The notes: a model not told the origin generated them from the sequence alone. Shown: positions 1 through 8,675, counted from the stretch's first letter. The stretch is DNA of 64,000 nt from an uncultured delta proteobacterium (GCA_963715335.1 CAVQRZ010000023.1:83711-147710), one strand, 5' to 3'. Numbers and translations: made by a program.

Positions 1-218
1 AGTCGAACCAGTTTCGTGCCGACGAAAACATCCTTACCGTCTTTCTCATAAACCTTGAGGTCGTTCAGTTCGATCCCTGTAAACAGGCTGACGCTGATAT
101 CACCAAGTTCAACCTTGCGCTGCAATGCGTCCTCGGCAAGCGGTAACACGGTCTGCTTGACACGCTCTGGTGTAATCACAATTTTGGCCAGCACAACCAG
201 ACCAATGACAAGCACCAC
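1..218 (-). CDS. AsmA-family protein, N-terminal fragment (gene runs off the window start)
   Basis: Minus frame open from nt 263 to the window edge reads NEFSKILAVVAVVVVVLVIGLVVLAKIVITPERVKQTVLPLAEDALQRKVELGDISVSLFTGIELNDLKVYEKDGKDVF. This is a TM anchor plus an AsmA-like N-terminus. ATGs at 267 and 259 are out of frame. The first in-frame canonical start is GTG at 218, inside the TM helix, so the start is unresolved. Confidence 0.45.
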   Translation of the reverse strand, partial: MVLVIGLVVLAKIVITPERVKQTVLPLAEDALQRKVELGDISVSLFTGIELNDLKVYEKDGKDVFVGTKLVR

Positions 219-341
219 TACAACTACGGCGACGACGGCAAGTATCTTCGAGAACTCATTGTTCCATTATGTACCGTTCAAATAGATCAAATCGGCTGGA
301 AAATATTTGATATTGGAAAAATTTTTATCAATGTGATTGGC

Positions 342-815
342 TCAACGGGTCTTCGATCTGGTTGACCAGCAACACCTCACGCCACTGTTCTTGGTGACCG
401 GTTGAACGGACAATCGGTTGCCCTTGCGCAGGACATCCATCCCCGACAGGACCGGATGCCTGCGGAGGTCGTCCCGGGTCAGCGGGCATGGCAGGTGACA
501 CAAGTACCGTACGTCCACCACAAACCAGATCGGTTTCGCATCAGAAGCGTTCGGATCAAAATGCTTTTCACGCGGATCCAGGGCAGTCAGGTCTGGATAC
601 CCTTCACGAACAACCTTCGCCAGCCCGACAATTGCCGGCTCCTTGCAGTTGCTGTGATAGAACAGTACGCCGTCACCGGCCCTGATTTGATCGCGCAGGA
701 AGTTGCGTGCCTGGTAGTTGCGTACACCATCCCACCGGTCCGTACTCTCCGGGCAGGCTTTCAGATCATCGATAGAGAAACAATCCGGTTCGGATTTCAT
801 CAACCAGTAGTTCAT
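342..815 (-). CDS. EVE (PUA-like, DUF55) domain protein; the 3' end looks frame-disrupted
   Basis: MNYWLMKSEPDCFSIDDLK...WDGVRNYQARNFLR...FYHSNC is a typical EVE domain. After RLSVQPVTK the called frame gives NSGVRCCWSTRSKTR. The adjacent frame gives the expected QWREVLLVNQIEDPLSQSH ending at 328. Confidence 0.8.
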   Translation of the reverse strand: MNYWLMKSEPDCFSIDDLKACPESTDRWDGVRNYQARNFLRDQIRAGDGVLFYHSNCKEPAIVGLAKVVREGYPDLTALDPREKHFDPNASDAKPIWFVVDVRYLCHLPCPLTRDDLRRHPVLSGMDVLRKGNRLSVQPVTKNSGVRCCWSTRSKTR

Positions 816-825
816 TATAACCTCG

Positions 826-906
826 ATGAGCGAGGGTCGAAGCGAGAAGTGTGAAAGTTCATGACTTTATTCCTCCAACCATCCTCACTTCGCGTCCCGC
901 ACTTCA
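826..906. repeat. Heptamer-periodic imperfect palindrome
   Basis: Left arm GAGCGAG GGTCGAA GCGAGAA GTGTGAA. Right arm CCTCACT TCGCGTC CCGCACT TC, after a roughly 30-nt spacer. Confidence 0.7.
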
Positions 907-919
907 TTTTTCGATTTTT

Positions 920-933
920 TTGACCTCTGTCAA
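920..933 (+). promoter_or_regulatory. CRP/FNR-type palindrome TTGAC-N4-GTCAA upstream of hcp (candidate HcpR/FNR site)
   Basis: Perfect TTGACctctGTCAA lies 172-185 nt upstream of the hcp ATG. hcp genes in delta-proteobacteria are reported to be under a CRP/FNR-family regulator (HcpR). Confidence 0.4.
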
Positions 934-1104
934 AGCGCGCTGAAACAAAACCGGATAAGCTCGCGTCAACTTCACTCACATGTGTAAGTATATCAAATCA
1001 CCGAGTTGAAGCTGCGAGATATTTTACATAAACCTGTTAAACTCGTTGTGATTTGAACGCCCGATTCATAGATTGCAACCCAACCGAAGGAACGGAGGAG
1101 AACC

Positions 1105-2727
1105 ATGTCCATGTTTTGCTACCAATGTGAACAAGCTGCCCAAGGCACCGGCTGCACCGCAATCGGCGTCTGCGGCAAGCAACCCGATGTCGCCGCCCTG
1201 CAGGACCTGCTGGTCTACACCCTCAAGGGGATCGCATTCTGGGCCGACAAGGCCCGGACGAAAGGCGCCAGGGACCAGGAAATCGACCGCTTCATGATCG
1301 ACGGCCTCTTCACCACAGTTACCAATGTCGACTTCGATCCGGAAGCCGTCTCCAAATTCATTGCCGAGGGCGTCCGCCTGCGCGGCAAGGCCAAGCAGCT
1401 TGCCGGTGCGTTTGACGGCAAAGTTCCCCCGGCCGCACAGGACTGGGCTCTGCCGAAATCAATTGACGAGCAGGTCAAGCTTGGCGAACTGCATGGCGTG
1501 AAGGATTACACCGTCGATCCCGACATCCACTCGGTACGTGAGATCACCATGTACGGGATCAAGGGGTACGCCGCCTATGCCGACCACGCCAAGATCCTCG
1601 GCAAGGAATCCGAAGAGATTTATGCCTACACGCACAAGGCCCTTGCCGCCCAACTCGACGACAGCCTCGACCTGATGGCTAACGTCGGCCTGGCCATGGA
1701 GGCCGGCAAGATCAACTATGTGACCATGGAGCTGCTCAACCAGGCCCATGTCGAGGCTTACGGTCATCCGGTCCCGACTCCGGTCCAGCTTGGCACCAAG
1801 GCCGGCAAGGCGATCCTGGTCTCCGGCCACGACCTGAAATTCCTCGAAGAATTGCTCAAGCAGACCGAGGGCACCGGCATCAACATCTACACCCACGGCG
1901 AGATGCTGCCGGCCCACGGCTACCCCGGCCTGAAGAAATATGCCCACCTGGTTGCCAATTTCGGTGGCGCCTGGCAGGACCAGCACAAGGAATTCGCCGA
2001 ATTTCCCGGTGCCATCATCTTCAACACCAACTGCATCCAGAAGCCGGCTGAGAGCTACAAGGACCGCCTCTTCACCTGGGGCCTGGTCCAGTGGCCCGGC
2101 GTCAAGCATGTCAACGGCTGGGATTTTTCCGAAGTCATTGCCAAGGCGAAACAATGCGCAGGTTTTACGGACAACCCCGGCCAGGAGATCCTCACCGGCT
2201 TTGGTCACAACGCCATCCTCGGCGTCGCCGACAAGGTCATCGCAGGCGTCAAGGCCGGCGCCATCAAGCACTTCTTCCTGGTTGGCGGCTGCGACGGTGC
2301 CAAGTCTGGTCGTAACTACTACACCGAGTTTGCCGAGCAGGCACCGAAAGACACCGTCATCCTGACCCTGGCCTGCGGCAAGTTCCGCTTCAACAAGCTC
2401 GACCTCGGCGATATCGGCGGCATCCCGCGCCTGCTCGACGTCGGCCAGTGCAACGACGCCTACAGCGCCATCCAGGTCGCTCTGGCTTTGGCGGACGCCT
2501 TCGAGTGCGGTGTCAACGACCTGCCGCTCTCCATGGTCCTGTCCTGGTACGAGCAGAAGGCGGTTGCGATACTTTTGACCCTGCTCCACCTCGGCATCAA
2601 GAACATCAAGCTCGGACCGTCACTGCCGGCGTTCATCACGCCGAACGTGCTCAACTTCTTGGTTGAGAACTTCAATATCGGACCGATCACAACTGCAGAA
2701 CAGGATCTCAAAGAGATTCTCGGTTAA
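1105..2727 (+). CDS. hcp: Hydroxylamine reductase / hybrid-cluster protein
   Basis: 540 aa. N-terminal MFCYQCEQAAQGTGCT...GVCGK Cys cluster and a full-length Hcp-like sequence. RBS GGAGGAG lies upstream. Confidence 0.95.
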   Translation: MSMFCYQCEQAAQGTGCTAIGVCGKQPDVAALQDLLVYTLKGIAFWADKARTKGARDQEIDRFMIDGLFTTVTNVDFDPEAVSKFIAEGVRLRGKAKQLAGAFDGKVPPAAQDWALPKSIDEQVKLGELHGVKDYTVDPDIHSVREITMYGIKGYAAYADHAKILGKESEEIYAYTHKALAAQLDDSLDLMANVGLAMEAGKINYVTMELLNQAHVEAYGHPVPTPVQLGTKAGKAILVSGHDLKFLEELLKQTEGTGINIYTHGEMLPAHGYPGLKKYAHLVANFGGAWQDQHKEFAEFPGAIIFNTNCIQKPAESYKDRLFTWGLVQWPGVKHVNGWDFSEVIAKAKQCAGFTDNPGQEILTGFGHNAILGVADKVIAGVKAGAIKHFFLVGGCDGAKSGRNYYTEFAEQAPKDTVILTLACGKFRFNKLDLGDIGGIPRLLDVGQCNDAYSAIQVALALADAFECGVNDLPLSMVLSWYEQKAVAILLTLLHLGIKNIKLGPSLPAFITPNVLNFLVENFNIGPITTAEQDLKEILG

Positions 2728-2786
2728 GCGTTACAACAGACTGCAGAAAATAAAGGGCGGCCCATAAAGCCGCCCCGGATTGTTGA

Positions 2787-2820
2787 CAAACCCCGCACGT
2801 GATGCGGGGTTTGTTTTTTT
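2787..2820 (+). terminator. Rho-independent terminator of hcp
   Basis: CAAACCCCGCA-cgtga-TGCGGGGTTTG followed by T7. Confidence 0.85.
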
Positions 2821-2850
2821 ACCTGGCAGGTGAAGCTTCTATAAAGCATG

Positions 2851-2877
2851 GGGCAACAGATGGTTAATCTGTTGCCC
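2851..2877. repeat. REP-like hairpin GGGCAACAGAT-GGTTA-ATCTGTTGCCC, copy 1
   Basis: Perfect 11-bp stem. The same hairpin occurs at 32186, 32694 (inverted) and 58253. Confidence 0.85.
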
Positions 2878-3032
2878 TCCTAAACATCAATGCTGAAATT
2901 TGTCAGCAGCCTGGAGCGCCCCTTTTGCCATCGGCTTAAACTGTTTTTCGTGACAAACAAAAGGCCCCCGATCCGCAAAGAGGGGGCTTTTGAATTTTAT
3001 AGGCAGTGACACACGACGATCAATGCAAGCTT

Positions 3033-4442
3033 TCAGGCTTGCGAGATCCGGTCCTTGCCCGACAACTTAGCCTTGTACATAGCCTTGTCAGCAAGTTGCA
3101 CGAGTTGGTCGCAAGATTGGGCGCTGTTACCTGTCAAGGTTGAGGTTCCTAAGCTGATAGTGACCTGCTCACCATCGAGACATTCAAACCGGTGGTCACG
3201 GATTATCGAGCCTAACCGGGTTGCCAGCTGCAGGGCTCCTTCAGAGGTTGTGTTCGGCAGGACAACCGCAAATTCTTCTCCTCCATATCGTGCCGGCACA
3301 TCACTCAACCTGGCGACGTCCTTCGTGAGCTTACCGATTTCTCTTAGGACAGTATCTCCCTGGGTATGGCCATAATTGTCGTTGATCCGCTTAAAATTAT
3401 CTATGTCAAAGAAGACCAGAGAAAGGGGTGTGTGGTAGCGTCTCGCTCTGCTGAATTCTTTTTCAAGACAACTGTAAAAATGTTGATGGTTGTAGAGTTT
3501 TGTCAATCCGTCCCGAATCGACATTTCCTCAAAATACTCTTGTGCGGTTTGCATCGACTCAAACAGGACAGCCGTTTCCAATGCGTTGGCGGAGAGGTTC
3601 GCCACCAATTGACACAACTTGTGGATTCTTTTGGTGACGCAACCGGGTAGCGGGCTCGCCATCCGCAAGAGGAAAGTCCCTATGACACTTTCTTTTTTAA
3701 TAACCGGAATGACAACGATTGAATTGAAATTAAGACCAGCGATCTGTGCTCTTACAGAATCCATGAGCGGGTCGTTTTTTATGTCATTGATGATGACGGG
3801 TTGTTTGGTGGCTAGGGCCTTGCTGATTTCCGGGTAGTTGCATAGTTCCAGTTTTATCTCTTCGTAAATCTCAAGGTCGCTACTGGCTTTGACATAAGGG
3901 ATGCCGTCATCCTTGATGCTGACAATGGAACAGCGTGCTTCATCAATGATGGCCGACATCCTGTCGACGATCAGATGAAGTATCGTCATGGGATTGCGTA
4001 TCGCAGAAATGTTTTCTGCCAGTTCAAGGAGCAGTATCAAATCTCTTGGTTCTAAATCGGCATAGTAATCTTTGGGCCTGAGATGGGCACCTACACGTGC
4101 AAGGATTTCTGGAAGACACATCGGTTTTGTAATGTAATCGTCCGCCCCAACCTTTAACCCCCGAGCAATGTCTTCCTTTTTTGCAAGGGAGGTGAACAAG
4201 ATGATGGGGATTTTTCTTGTCTTGACACTCTCCTTGAGAGTACGACAAGCATCAATCCCGTTTTTTCCTGGCATTTCAACATCCATGATAATCAGATTGG
4301 GTTCCTGTGTCCTGGCAAGACGGATGGCCTCATCACCACTCACTCCTTCTATGATGTCGTATTGATCTTTCAAAGCATCTTTCAGAACACTCCTGAAAAA
4401 GAGCTCGTCATCGACAACTAGAATTTTCAGTCCTGTTTTCAC
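3033..4442 (-). CDS. Response-regulator receiver + GAF + GGDEF diguanylate cyclase
   Basis: REC N-terminus (ILVVDDE...MDVEMPG). C-terminal GGEEF with an RxxD I-site five residues upstream (RLSDVPARYGGEEF). Confidence 0.9.
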   Translation of the reverse strand: MKTGLKILVVDDELFFRSVLKDALKDQYDIIEGVSGDEAIRLARTQEPNLIIMDVEMPGKNGIDACRTLKESVKTRKIPIILFTSLAKKEDIARGLKVGADDYITKPMCLPEILARVGAHLRPKDYYADLEPRDLILLLELAENISAIRNPMTILHLIVDRMSAIIDEARCSIVSIKDDGIPYVKASSDLEIYEEIKLELCNYPEISKALATKQPVIINDIKNDPLMDSVRAQIAGLNFNSIVVIPVIKKESVIGTFLLRMASPLPGCVTKRIHKLCQLVANLSANALETAVLFESMQTAQEYFEEMSIRDGLTKLYNHQHFYSCLEKEFSRARRYHTPLSLVFFDIDNFKRINDNYGHTQGDTVLREIGKLTKDVARLSDVPARYGGEEFAVVLPNTTSEGALQLATRLGSIIRDHRFECLDGEQVTISLGTSTLTGNSAQSCDQLVQLADKAMYKAKLSGKDRISQA

Positions 4443-4600
4443 AAATACCCCTAATATATCCAGAGCTTGAATTAATTATCACTTTAACAGTACTCATTTA
4501 CTGATTCGTTTACAAGGCAAGAAAGCATCGAGATGCTACTGAATCGAATAAAGTTGGCAAAGTCGAGCGTGGTCGAGGATTTTTGCTGCCCCTGATTAAC

Positions 4601-4636
4601 AAAAAAATGGCCACTTGGTGAGATCCAAGTGGCCAT
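4601..4636 (-). terminator. Rho-independent terminator downstream of the OsmC-like gene
   Basis: ATGGCCACTTGG-6 nt-CCAAGTGGCCAT followed by T7 on the minus strand. Confidence 0.75.
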
Positions 4637-4711
4637 CATTGTGTTAATTGGCAAGCGTCCCAAATGCCTCTATCAAAAGTTGGGACTGGATTTGAATACT
4701 GATCCTATCCT

Positions 4712-5176
4712 TCAGGCTGAAACCAGCTCAAGAGAATGTTCGATCCGGATACACCCGGTAACGCTCATCGCTGCGGGGCACTTTTCAATATAATTTTCCA
4801 TTGCCCATCGAGCATCAGCTTCTTCTTGGTGACTGAGTTTCAGTACATAGTGAACGCGAATCACAGTAATTTTGAGTATACCCTCTACGTTCTCAATATC
4901 GCCTTCGACATTGGCCCGAAAAAGATCGGTGTGGGTTCTTATCTTTTTGGTCGCCAGCACGCTGGCGAAGGTGCCCATCATTCAAGCCGAGACTGCACCG
5001 ACGATGTGATCCAAAGTAGCCGCGTGCTCTTCTACCGGATCGACCTTGTAAAATTTTTGTATTCCGCCATGGACCCCATAGAAGACCGGATCAGAAAAGC
5101 CTTCTATTTGAGCTATCCTGATCGGACCCCTGTCTCTTGTGATGGTGATGCGTGATGTGTGAATTATTTCAGCCAT
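4712..5176 (-). CDS. OsmC/Ohr-family thiol peroxidase-like protein, candidate selenoprotein (in-frame TGA at 4982-4984)
   Basis: Two abutting same-frame ORFs (4982-5176 and 4712-4981) are separated only by TGA. Read through, they give ...LDHIVGAVSA-U-MMGTFASVL... The TGA sits where OsmC/Ohr proteins carry their first conserved Cys. The second conserved Cys is present (IEKCPAAMS). Confidence 0.6.
4951..4968 (-). promoter_or_regulatory. Candidate bacterial SECIS hairpin
   Basis: mRNA UCGCCAG-CGUG-CUGGCGA starts 13 nt after the UGA. The loop GU falls at positions 25-26 counted from the U of UGA, close to the canonical 23-24. Confidence 0.45.
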
Positions 5177-5283
5177 TGTAATGTCTCCTTTCTTAAGAAC
5201 ATCGACATGTAAAACGTTACCACATTGCAGTGACCGCGCTCACAAGGCAGAGGGGAAATGTGTCATGGAAGTTGTTTGAACTA

Positions 5284-5314
5284 ACCTGGTCAAAAATAGC
5301 TGACCTGGTCAAAA
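5284..5314. promoter_or_regulatory. Perfect 12-nt direct repeat ACCTGGTCAAAA x2 (19-nt period) upstream of the OsmC-like gene
   Basis: Copies at 5284-5295 and 5303-5314, about 110-140 nt upstream of the start at 5176. Confidence 0.35.
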
Positions 5315-5526
5315 TTTCTACAACTTTCACGAACAAGACGTCATCTTCCCCCTGCAAAATCTACTTGAACAAGACTACTTTAACGCATTGACTCTATATA
5401 GCAAAGCTGTTGCATCCAAAACCTTGATAAAATCAGCAAAATGGTTTACCAATGGTGACGGATTGCTGCGATAAACCAGGCAATTCCGGGTTTGCCTGAA
5501 GAGCTTGACAGGAGCGCGTGGCGCAC

Positions 5527-5943
5527 TCAACTCATGCCTTCAAAAGTCAGAACCTTTGCCGTAAAATCAGCGTCCAGCCTTCTCGGTTTACGTTTCTGGT
5601 AATCGAAACAGACCAGCGCCGTTTCTCCTTCGGCCGTGACTTCACCATTTCGTTCGATGCGATATGCCATACTGAAGGACGAGCGGCTCAAATCGCGCAC
5701 CCTGACAGCAATCAACAACTCATCATCGTGAAACATCTCCGCCCGATACTTGACATGCGCCTCGGGCAGAATAATCCCACAGCCCCCGCCTATATCGAGC
5801 TCTGAATAGCCGCCGAGATTTTTCAGGTAACCAATCCGGGCATCCTGAAAAAAATTCAGGACCGCAGAGTTGGCGACATGCCCACCGTAGTTGACATCGG
5901 CAATCCGTACTCTGTACGGGAGCGTGAACTTGAATCCTTGCAT
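5527..5943 (-). CDS. Hotdog-fold acyl-CoA thioesterase (4HBT/YbgC type)
   Basis: 138 aa. YRVRIADVNYGGHVANSAVLNFFQDARIGYL is a typical thioesterase N-terminus. Confidence 0.8.
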   Translation of the reverse strand: MQGFKFTLPYRVRIADVNYGGHVANSAVLNFFQDARIGYLKNLGGYSELDIGGGCGIILPEAHVKYRAEMFHDDELLIAVRVRDLSRSSFSMAYRIERNGEVTAEGETALVCFDYQKRKPRRLDADFTAKVLTFEGMS

Positions 5944-5999
5944 GTTTGACTCCTGGGGCGAGAACTTCAGGGCTTTATATCCTTCAAGACCTGATCAAT

Positions 6000-6815
6000 T
6001 CATTTCTGGCATTTTGCGCAATGGTAAGTCGATCGCTGTCCCAATCTTGTCTGTATAATGGCGCTACCGCAGGCTGTACAAGGTTCTCCCGCCCTGCCGT
6101 AAACCCGGAGTTCCTGTTTGAAATAGCCGGGCCGGCCCTCGGTGTCCATAAAATCCCTGATCGTAGTCCCACCGGCGGCAATCGCTTCGGCCAGAACCTC
6201 CTGCACAGATTGGACGAGCAGCGCAAACGCTTTTCTGCTGACCCCGCCAGCTTGCCTGCCTGGTGAAATGCGCGCGCGGAATAACGCTTCGCTGGCGTAG
6301 ATATTGCCGACTCCAACAACCACATGCGCGTCCATGATGAACGGTTTGACGGCTACTTTACGATCCCGAGAGGTGCGAAAAAGGTAATCGGCGTTGAAAA
6401 GACCGGTTAACGGCTCCGGCCCAAGGCTGACCAGGCGTTCATGTTGCAGGGGATTTGTGTCTGTCCAGAAGATGGCACCGAACCGCCTTGAGTCATTGAA
6501 GCGCAAAACCGAGCGGTCGGTAAAGAACAACTCTACATGATCGTGTTTGCGTTTCTCTTCGCCAGACCGGCAAACCCGCAGATGACCGGTCATGCCCAGG
6601 TGGATTATCAGCGTTCCCTGTTCGAAGTTCATCAACAGGTACTTGGAGCGCCGCTCCACTGCGCAGACTTTTTGTTTTATGAGGGTTGCATTGAGGTCCG
6701 GCGGGACCGGCCACCGTAATGAGGCATTGTGAACCAGCACCCGTTCTACATACTTGCCCCTGACCAGTGGCTCAATCCCACGTCGGGTGGTTTCAACTTC
6801 CGGCAGTTCAGGCAT
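6000..6815 (-). CDS. mutM: Formamidopyrimidine-DNA glycosylase
   Basis: MPELPEVETTRRGI N-terminus. C-terminal zinc finger CTACGSAI...YHCAKCQ. Confidence 0.95.
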   Translation of the reverse strand: MPELPEVETTRRGIEPLVRGKYVERVLVHNASLRWPVPPDLNATLIKQKVCAVERRSKYLLMNFEQGTLIIHLGMTGHLRVCRSGEEKRKHDHVELFFTDRSVLRFNDSRRFGAIFWTDTNPLQHERLVSLGPEPLTGLFNADYLFRTSRDRKVAVKPFIMDAHVVVGVGNIYASEALFRARISPGRQAGGVSRKAFALLVQSVQEVLAEAIAAGGTTIRDFMDTEGRPGYFKQELRVYGRAGEPCTACGSAIIQTRLGQRSTYHCAKCQK

Positions 6816-6845
6816 ACAAGACCGGGACGCGGAAAATGATTTGCA

Positions 6846-7331
6846 TCATTTTTGGGATACTTTCTCCATCAGATTCGCTAGATAGCTTTCTGCTTCAATG
6901 GATCCTTCGGCAGGCGACCAGGGAGCGAAATCTTTATCCGACATGGGCACGTAAGGGCCGGGTTTGGTCTCGAAAAACACACTGCCGGGCTCAAGGGCCA
7001 GCAACGTGTGCCAAAGACCTGACGGCAGTTCTATGGCCACAGCATTGTGGCCATCGCCGAGAGGTACGATTTCTTCAATCTCACCGTGGGCATCGAAAAC
7101 AAGCAGAGCCATCCTGCCCCGGACTGCCAAAAAACATTCGGGCTTAGGGGGATCGATGTGACGATGCGGACGAATATAAGTACCAGGCTCCACTGCATTA
7201 AAGAGCCTTTGGCACGGATCGTCGTACTGCTCATGCAGGTTGAGGTTCTTGCGGCGGCGGTCAGACTCTGCCGCCTCTCTGCTTAAACCGTCGAGAATGC
7301 CTTGATTGATTATTTTCATGGCTGAGCGCAC
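6846..7331 (-). CDS. Cupin-fold protein, WbuC-like
   Basis: 161 aa. RRRKNLNLHEQYDDPCQRLFNAVEPGTYIRPHRH resembles the WbuC cupin family. The start may be the internal MKII. Confidence 0.6.
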   Translation of the reverse strand: MRSAMKIINQGILDGLSREAAESDRRRKNLNLHEQYDDPCQRLFNAVEPGTYIRPHRHIDPPKPECFLAVRGRMALLVFDAHGEIEEIVPLGDGHNAVAIELPSGLWHTLLALEPGSVFFETKPGPYVPMSDKDFAPWSPAEGSIEAESYLANLMEKVSQK

Positions 7332-7763
7332 TCAGTAGATCGTGTTCGGATCAAGGTTGTCAAAGTCGCCAATGGTCAGGGCTTCCGGTTCAGCAGGGAG
7401 TTCACTTGCGGTCATCTTCAGTCCCCGATGATATCGCCAGGCTTGATCTTCCATTTTCAGCCAGACGAGTTCCGCAAACCACAGCAGGTCGCCCTGGACA
7501 TCCATCTGCATCAGAAAAACCACCCTGGATTCCTCACTGTCGAGCTCTTCGTCGAGAACTCTGCAATCGAGGATTTTATAACCTGGGCCGAGGTTCTCTT
7601 CACCGAAGCGACAGTACTCGTTACGGTCCGGGAACTGCCGCCGAAAATTCGACGCGGAGTGGTAGGAGTCATGAATAAAACCGAAATCGCCTGCCGAAAA
7701 AGCATGATTTCGGGCCAGGATCAGTTCAGACGGCGTGTAATCGGACAGGCTCTTCCTGTTCAT
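7332..7763 (-). CDS. Hypothetical protein (possibly YchJ-like NTF2 fold)
   Basis: 143-aa ORF abutting the downstream gene. Only weak family resemblance. Confidence 0.5.
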   Translation of the reverse strand: MNRKSLSDYTPSELILARNHAFSAGDFGFIHDSYHSASNFRRQFPDRNEYCRFGEENLGPGYKILDCRVLDEELDSEESRVVFLMQMDVQGDLLWFAELVWLKMEDQAWRYHRGLKMTASELPAEPEALTIGDFDNLDPNTIY

Positions 7764-7832
7764 TCCAGCGACCCTGTTAATATAGAAGAAAAGCCACCGT
7801 TCCAGGGCTTAAAGGCCTTACAGCCCTGCAAT

Positions 7833-8675
7833 TCAGTCCTTGATCCTAGGATCCATGGCATCGCGGATTCCCTCACCCAGCAGGTTGTAGCCAAGGACGG
7901 TGAAGAGAATCGCCAGGCCGGGGAAGACCGACAACCACCAGGCCGTGCCCAGGGTCTGCTTGCCGGCAATCAGCATGTTGCCCCAGGACGGAGTCGGGGG
8001 TTGAACGCCGATACCGAGGAAAGAAAGTGCACTTTCCGTCAGGATCGCACCGGCAATGCCGAGCGTCGCAGAAACCAGCACCGGCGAAATGGCGTTCGGC
8101 AGGATATGCCTGAAGATAATCCTTGTATCCCGTGCGCCGATTGCACGTGCTGCGACCACGAAGTCGCGCTCCCGCAACGACAGGAATTCTGCCCTGACCA
8201 GCCTGGCTACACCCATCCAGCTGGTCAGGCCGATGATAATCATGATGTTCCAGATCGATGGCTCGAGAAAGGCAATCACGGCCAGGATCAGAAAAAAGGA
8301 AGGGAAGCAGAGCATGATATCGACGAATCGCATGATCAGGGAATCGATCCACCGACCGTAAAAGCCGGCAAGAGCACCGAGCAGGATGCCGATGAAAGTC
8401 GCGATGCCTACGGCGACGAACCCAACCAGCAGAGAAATCCGTGCCCCGTACAGAATTCTGGCCAGCACATCACGACCCAGGTCGTCCGTACCGAGAGGAT
8501 AATCGAAACTGGGGGGCTGGAGCCGGTGGACAATGTCTATCGCGCCAGGGTCGCGACCCGAGACCGGCGCGAGCATAGCAAGACAGAACATGGCCAGAAC
8601 GATCAGCCCACCGGCCATGGCCATGTGGTTTCGTTTCAGGCGTGTCCAAAGCACTTCACGAAAAAAAGCAGCCAT
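7833..8675 (-). CDS. ABC transporter permease, DppC/OppC family (orphan in this window)
   Basis: 280 aa, multi-TM. PLGTDDLGRDVLARILYGARISL and the EAA-loop region ARAIGARDTRIIFRHILPN. Confidence 0.85.
   Translation of the reverse strand: MAAFFREVLWTRLKRNHMAMAGGLIVLAMFCLAMLAPVSGRDPGAIDIVHRLQPPSFDYPLGTDDLGRDVLARILYGARISLLVGFVAVGIATFIGILLGALAGFYGRWIDSLIMRFVDIMLCFPSFFLILAVIAFLEPSIWNIMIIIGLTSWMGVARLVRAEFLSLRERDFVVAARAIGARDTRIIFRHILPNAISPVLVSATLGIAGAILTESALSFLGIGVQPPTPSWGNMLIAGKQTLGTAWWLSVFPGLAILFTVLGYNLLGEGIRDAMDPRIKD

Noticed and set aside
55-285. 76-aa plus-strand ORF at the window start
   Set aside because: The Ser/Thr-rich, low-complexity translation is the antisense of the AsmA-like TM/N-terminal region.
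1459-2589. 376-aa minus-strand ORF antisense to hcp. Similar long antisense ORFs occur at 7428-8678, 15750-16697, 20367-21227, 24108-25214, 30431-31699 and 56538-57257.
   Set aside because: Each lies entirely opposite a gene with clear family signatures. Their translations are low-complexity, Arg/Gly/Ala/Leu-rich shadows typical of high-GC DNA, with no recognisable motifs.
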